A stretch of DNA of 64,000 nt from an uncultured Pseudomonadota bacterium (GTDB lineage Bacteria > Pseudomonadota > Alphaproteobacteria > RF32 > CAG-239): positions 8,816-72,815 of the forward strand of contig CASEQD010000003.1 of the NCBI GenBank assembly GCA_949289935.1, written 5' to 3'. Both the position numbers and the translations under genes were made by a program. Numbering within the stretch: position 1 is the first letter of the stretch; each line of letters begins with the position of its first letter. The notes beneath the pieces were generated by a model. That model saw only the letters and a list, made by a program, of their open reading frames with translations. It made no database searches and was not told the origin of the DNA. This document shows, piece after piece, positions 59,221 through 64,000 of the stretch.

Positions 59221-60075
59221 TTACAATAAGCAGGCCAGAGTCAGATATTGTTCCGGGCTGATTTGTTCTGCCCGAAAAGTTTCGTCAATGTTCGCTTTTT
59301 GTAGTTTTTCTGAAAGATTCGTAATTTGTTTGAGGCTTTGACGAATCATTTTACGACGTTGGCTAAAAGCTAAATTTGTCAAAAATTCAATGTTTTTTAT
59401 TTGTTTCGGAGACGGTCGTTCCGCAAGCGTGCGAAACAGCAAAACAGCTGACCATATTTTGGGCGGCGGGGTAAAACATTCCGGATTTAAATCCATCAGC
59501 CAGTCTATTTTGCAACACAATTGAGCCAGAACGGAAATGCGTCCGTAGTTTTTCGATCCGGTCGGAGCCGTGATTCTTTCCGCGACTTCTTTTTGAAACA
59601 TTAGTGTCAGGCTTTGATATGCCTTGATTTGTTTTAGCCAATTTAGCAGCAGGGGAACGGAAATGTTGTAAGGCAGATTGCTGACAATGTGGCGGGGGCT
59701 GGAATCTTTTTCGGCGAAATTTTGCTGCAGTGCATCTCCGCTGATTATTTCAAGACGGCTGCCTATTTTTTCTTTGATGTCTTCCATAATGGAAATGCAA
59801 CGGCTGTCCATTTCCACAACGGTGAGTTTTTTCGGATTATGTGCCAGAACGGCTCTTGTTAAACCTCCGGGACCGGGCCCGACTTCGTAAACAAAATCTT
59901 CTGCATAATCTGTTTTGTTTTGTTTTTGAAGCGATAAGCGGATGATTTTGTCGGGGATATTGGCATCAAGCAAAAAGTTTTGTCCCAGAGATTTTTTTGC
60001 CATTAAACCATATGCGTCCACAATGGTGCGAAGCGAGGGAAAGGTTGATATTATTTCTGCCGGGGAAAGATTCAT
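59221..60075 (-). CDS. rsmA: 16S rRNA (adenine1518/1519-N6)-dimethyltransferase RsmA (KsgA)
   Basis: SAM motif VYEVGPGPGGLT and the NLPY catalytic motif. Confidence 0.93.
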   Translation of the reverse strand: MNLSPAEIISTFPSLRTIVDAYGLMAKKSLGQNFLLDANIPDKIIRLSLQKQNKTDYAEDFVYEVGPGPGGLTRAVLAHNPKKLTVVEMDSRCISIMEDIKEKIGSRLEIISGDALQQNFAEKDSSPRHIVSNLPYNISVPLLLNWLKQIKAYQSLTLMFQKEVAERITAPTGSKNYGRISVLAQLCCKIDWLMDLNPECFTPPPKIWSAVLLFRTLAERPSPKQIKNIEFLTNLAFSQRRKMIRQSLKQITNLSEKLQKANIDETFRAEQISPEQYLTLACLL

Positions 60076-60082
60076 TTTTGTT

Positions 60083-61138
60083 TTATCCCCGGAATTCTAT
60101 AACGGATTTTTGCCGCAGATCCTGAATGTATTGCGTCGCAAAAATATCTGTCCGCTGATTTTCGAGAAAGCGGCGGATATCTTCATCTGTCGGCGGTGTT
60201 ATTTTGTCTTTTTCCGGGTTGAACGTTTGTTCCATCCTGATGATGTAATAGTCTTCGCCAATTTGAATCGGTTGAGATATTTCTCCCGGTTTCATTTTTT
60301 CTACGGTTTTGGCAATCGGCGCCGGAAGGCTTTCTTTATTTATCCATCCCAGTTTGCCTCCGTTTGCCGCTGTCGGACTTTCCGAAAAACGAAAAGCATA
60401 TAATTCAAAACGTGGATCTTTTTTTAGTATTTCGACCAACGAATCGATATCTTTGGCATTTTGTTTTTTTATCATGATTTCTGAAATCATAACTTTGGGT
60501 GTTGAAAAGTCTTTTAAGGCGGTTTGTTTTTCTATGTCGATGTCTTTTTGGGTGATTTCTCCGTTCAAGCGGCTTTTTTGACGAATCAGACGCAGCCAGG
60601 CAAGGTCTGAAGCTATTTGTTCCCGGAAAGCCCGTTCGCTGATGCCGTTTTTGCGCAGAAGCTGCGGTAATTTGCCGAGAGGGATTTTATTCGTTTCGGC
60701 AAAACCGGCGATGGATGCATCTATATCTTCTTCAGATATGATGATGTTGTTGCGTTTTGCTTCCTGCATTTTCAGCTTTTCATCTATGGTTGCCGTCAGG
60801 ACTTTTTGATAGATCATGCTTTTGGTTTCGTTATTCATGGGAATTTGCGATGTCATGATGAAAGCATTTATCCGGTTGTCAAGATCTTCTGTTGAAATGA
60901 TGTCGCCGTTAACGACGGCAACAATTTTAACGCTGCTGCTGCGCAAAGGAACGAGTTTTTGTGTTTGTTTTGGTTGAGAAACGTTTTTTTTGAAAACGGA
61001 AGATTCTTTTTTTCCGGTTGTGTCGGAATCTTTTTCCTGAGAAGCTATTCTGGGGTCAAGGATGGAAAAATCAAAGGCTTTTGCCGGTAAAGTCAGAGCC
61101 AGATTCAGCAAGCATATGATTAAAAATGATTTTTTCAT
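60083..61138 (-). CDS. surA: SurA-family periplasmic chaperone / parvulin-like PPIase
   Basis: Signal peptide, SurA N-terminal domain, and synteny with lptD. Confidence 0.7.
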   Translation of the reverse strand: MKKSFLIICLLNLALTLPAKAFDFSILDPRIASQEKDSDTTGKKESSVFKKNVSQPKQTQKLVPLRSSSVKIVAVVNGDIISTEDLDNRINAFIMTSQIPMNNETKSMIYQKVLTATIDEKLKMQEAKRNNIIISEEDIDASIAGFAETNKIPLGKLPQLLRKNGISERAFREQIASDLAWLRLIRQKSRLNGEITQKDIDIEKQTALKDFSTPKVMISEIMIKKQNAKDIDSLVEILKKDPRFELYAFRFSESPTAANGGKLGWINKESLPAPIAKTVEKMKPGEISQPIQIGEDYYIIRMEQTFNPEKDKITPPTDEDIRRFLENQRTDIFATQYIQDLRQKSVIEFRG

Positions 61139-61153
61139 AATTTTCTCCTTTTT

Positions 61154-63451
61154 TTATTCCGAACCGATTGTTCCCAGAGTTTTGAGAAGAATTGTCGCGG
61201 TAAATTCAAAATCACCATTATAATCCGAGGATGCATAGTTGTAACGGCGGATGTCAAGAATGAAGCGCAGGCATTCATTGTCGTAGGTTATGGAACCGCC
61301 GTGTTCCAGAGAGCGGTCTATGTTAGCCAAATCCTGGCGGTTGTAAATGGAGGCTGACCAGTCGCGGCTTAATTTCATTTTTACCGAAGTGTACAGTTCT
61401 TTGCGTTCGTTGTAACCCTGGATAACCGAGTTCGGGCTGCTTTGCAGGTAGATGTATGAAATGTGAGTTTTTAACATATCCGGACCAAAAGTAGCGGATA
61501 ATTCGCTGTAGCTGAAATCAAGCGTATCTTTGTCCAGGGAGAAACGGTAATTTAAATCAAGATATTCGTTCGGTTTGGCGTTGATGCGTCCGACATAGTC
61601 GCTGAAATAGCTGTCCTGATTGAGATTTTGATTAAAGCCTTCTCCTTTTTTGAAACTGTAGCTTTGAGCTATGAATGCAGATGTATGTCCAAAAGCGTCG
61701 CCGTATGAGCTCCAGTTTAATCCATAGCTGACACGGCTTCCCGTATCGTTCCTGTCGTATCCGGCATATCTGTCCAGACTTAAGATGTTGGTATCGTCAA
61801 GCTCAATATCCTGGCTGTCTTCGTTGGGAATTTTGTCGTTTTTATCACCGCCGTCCGGAGCCGCAACGGCAACAATTACAGGTTCAATAATCTGCCGGCT
61901 GGTTTCACTTGCCCGGATAAAAGGCATGCGCCATTCCAAACCAACTTGTGGAAAGATACGTGCCACTGTTCCTGAAAAAGTTTCGTTATCGCTGTTGGTA
62001 TAATGGTCGACATAGTATAAATCTGATTTTAAAGATGCCGAAAGTTTGTATTTTTCACCATAAGGGCTGGTATAAGGCAGAATCCATGAATTTATCATGG
62101 TCAGGCGCTGAGAGCTCGCTTCGTCATCCCGGATGACGGAGGCAAAGTCGAAGTTTGTTTTGGTATAGGCGCCGTAACGGTTCGGATCGCCGATATTTTC
62201 ATAAGTAAACATCGGCAAAACCAGAGGCTTTTCCGTGGCTCGCGGCAAGTCGTAATAAGTAATCAGTTTATAATAGTAAGCTTCTATGCTGGCATAGTTG
62301 CGATTGTCAAACCCCTGGGCGCTTACAGAAGAAGTCAGCCAGGTATAATCTTTTTCCGGCAGGGAAATGTCTTTCAGATAATAGCGGTCGGAAACATATT
62401 TGATATCGGCGTTGCCTACCCAATAATCGTTAAATTCATAACGCCCCCGCAAAAACAGATTGCCGCGGTTTTTATCTCCGCTGTTGTATTCCGGGTCTTC
62501 ATAGTCCGGTTTAGTTTCTCTGGGGCCGTTGATGTATGTTCCGGTAGCAAATAATTCTCCTCTGTTGAAATATTTGTTGTAGGATGCTCCCCATAAAATT
62601 CCCCGGTCGGAAGTAATCATCGGTGAAAAGGTTAAATCTTCGTTATCGGATATTGCCCAGAAATAGTTTGTTTTAAGAGAAGAGCCCAAATATTTTGTGC
62701 TGGTTATGCTTGGCGGAAGGAAACCCGAGCGTCTTTTGACGGTTGGGTCCGGATGGGAAAAATACGGCGTGTAAAATACGGGAATTCCCAGAAATTCGAG
62801 GAAAGCGTGATTGTAAACAACGTTTTTTTCTTCAGCATAGTGTTTGACGGTTTGAGCTTTCAGCTGCCACAGAGGATTTTCGTTTTTGCAGACGCTGCAG
62901 GGGGAATAAACGGCTTTATCCATAATTTTGTTATCTTTATCCAAACGCCGGAAACGTTTGGCTGCAACGCGGCTTTCGTCAGCCATAACGACTTTTACTT
63001 CATCCATTGAACCTTTGGACATTTTATCTGTCAGCCGTACATAGTCTGAGAAGATGACATTGCCGTCTTTTTCAACCATAATGACATTGCCGATAGCGGT
63101 TACGACATCGTCTTTTTGATTATAGACAACTTTGTCGGCGACGACAGTGGTGTCATTACGGATGATGTTGACATTGCCGATGGCTGTGACTGTTTGCAGC
63201 TGGTCGTTGTTTATCATTTCATCGGCGCTGAAATAAATATCTGTTGTTTCTTTTTCAGATTCCGAAGGGCCGGAGTAGATGTCGGTGATGTTGGATTGTT
63301 CCAGTTTTGCGCCGGGGATGATGCTTTTTTCCCGGCTGAGTTCTTCAGAATCGACAACTTGTCCGGCAATGTATTCTTCTTCCGCTGCCGCCGGATAACT
63401 GAGCAACAGGCTGATACAAAAGAGCGGCAGGAAACGTTTATTGTTCATCAA
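61154..63451 (-). CDS. lptD: LPS-assembly outer-membrane protein LptD
   Basis: 765 aa with signal peptide, an N-terminal OstA domain and a C-terminal beta-barrel. Confidence 0.93.
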   Translation of the reverse strand: MMNNKRFLPLFCISLLLSYPAAAEEEYIAGQVVDSEELSREKSIIPGAKLEQSNITDIYSGPSESEKETTDIYFSADEMINNDQLQTVTAIGNVNIIRNDTTVVADKVVYNQKDDVVTAIGNVIMVEKDGNVIFSDYVRLTDKMSKGSMDEVKVVMADESRVAAKRFRRLDKDNKIMDKAVYSPCSVCKNENPLWQLKAQTVKHYAEEKNVVYNHAFLEFLGIPVFYTPYFSHPDPTVKRRSGFLPPSITSTKYLGSSLKTNYFWAISDNEDLTFSPMITSDRGILWGASYNKYFNRGELFATGTYINGPRETKPDYEDPEYNSGDKNRGNLFLRGRYEFNDYWVGNADIKYVSDRYYLKDISLPEKDYTWLTSSVSAQGFDNRNYASIEAYYYKLITYYDLPRATEKPLVLPMFTYENIGDPNRYGAYTKTNFDFASVIRDDEASSQRLTMINSWILPYTSPYGEKYKLSASLKSDLYYVDHYTNSDNETFSGTVARIFPQVGLEWRMPFIRASETSRQIIEPVIVAVAAPDGGDKNDKIPNEDSQDIELDDTNILSLDRYAGYDRNDTGSRVSYGLNWSSYGDAFGHTSAFIAQSYSFKKGEGFNQNLNQDSYFSDYVGRINAKPNEYLDLNYRFSLDKDTLDFSYSELSATFGPDMLKTHISYIYLQSSPNSVIQGYNERKELYTSVKMKLSRDWSASIYNRQDLANIDRSLEHGGSITYDNECLRFILDIRRYNYASSDYNGDFEFTATILLKTLGTIGSE

Positions 63452-64000
63452 AAACGTCTCCCCGTTTGCGGCGTTGGAAAAAGGCCGGATTGTAAAACAA
63501 CAACAAATAAACGCAGACAGCCAGAGGCAGCAACAGATTTATGTAGAGAAGAAACAACAGGCCAATGTGTTTTGCCGCCAGATTTTCAAATACAAGTTCC
63601 AGAGATTGGATAATAACCATTCCCAAAATGGACAGACAGATGATTTTGCTTTGTCCCCGACGGTTAAAGTTGCCGATAATCAGTCCTACACAGCCTAAAA
63701 GGGCGAAAAGAAGGTTATAAAACGGGTTTATTAGACGTTTGTGTCCTTCAACCAGATAGCGGTTTGCATCTTGTTCATCCAAGGTTTTGTCTTCCCGGGC
63801 ATTGAGCAGTTCGAAAAGACTTTTTTCTCTGACGCCTTCTTCTTTTTCCTGCTGGTAATTGTTGTTTCCAAAGTCTACGGAATAGCGGTTGAATGCAAGG
63901 GAAGAAAATTGTTTGCTTTTTTTATCTATTTCCTGACGGACTCCGTTTATCAGAATGATGCGCGGACCGTCAGGCGTGTAGACAACGCGTCCTTTTTCGG
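63438..64000 (-). CDS. lptG: LPS export permease LptG/LptF family (C-terminal part; the gene runs off the window)
   Basis: YjgP/YjgQ-family C-terminal TM helices. The frame stays open with no in-frame stop up to position 64000. Confidence 0.75.
   Translation of the reverse strand, partial: EKGRVVYTPDGPRIILINGVRQEIDKKSKQFSSLAFNRYSVDFGNNNYQQEKEEGVREKSLFELLNAREDKTLDEQDANRYLVEGHKRLINPFYNLLFALLGCVGLIIGNFNRRGQSKIICLSILGMVIIQSLELVFENLAAKHIGLLFLLYINLLLPLAVCVYLLLFYNPAFFQRRKRGDVFDEQ

Overview
This window is a low-GC alphaproteobacterial chromosomal segment. Gene content and order are Rhizobiales/Bartonella-like, though I cannot confirm the taxon. The conserved backbone is, in order: tRNA-Ala, tRNA-Arg, xthA, lolA, a CcrM-like methyltransferase, HPr and EIIA(Man), dnaK-dnaJ, rlmN, a CCA-adding enzyme, yraN, rsmI, an LpoA-like lipoprotein, SRP RNA with dnaX-ybaB-recR, radA, mlaFE, hprK, tsaE, parB-parA-rsmG-mnmG-mnmE, rho, coaE-dnaQ, mltA, a Tim44-like protein, secB, nth, tsaD, aroK, xerD, rsmA, surA-lptD and a partial lptG.

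The main findings are:
- An oriented 15-20 nt motif (GTTTAAATACAGTGTTATTT) occurs 10 times, all on the same strand. Three copies sit inside conserved coding sequence of rsmG, mnmG and mnmE. At three gene junctions the motif itself supplies the TAA stop codon.
- Two paralogous HD phosphohydrolases and a PHP phosphoesterase are inserted between rsmG and mnmG, and this insertion is bounded by the motif.
- There is a two-member family of Cys-rich proteins ending in IEF. One copy is secreted and sits behind a riboswitch-like terminator/antiterminator leader; the other is N-terminally truncated.
- A three-gene sugar-modification operon (GT-B-like, GT8, hexapeptide acetyltransferase) has products that share a basic LCCxIPxKKxRKK terminal motif with a fourth protein encoded near recR.
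- An archaeal/eukaryote-type ADP-dependent sugar kinase homologue is encoded between tsaD and aroK.
- Two perfect parS sites lie inside rsmG and mnmG.

I found no CRISPR array, transposase, integrase or canonical defence genes.
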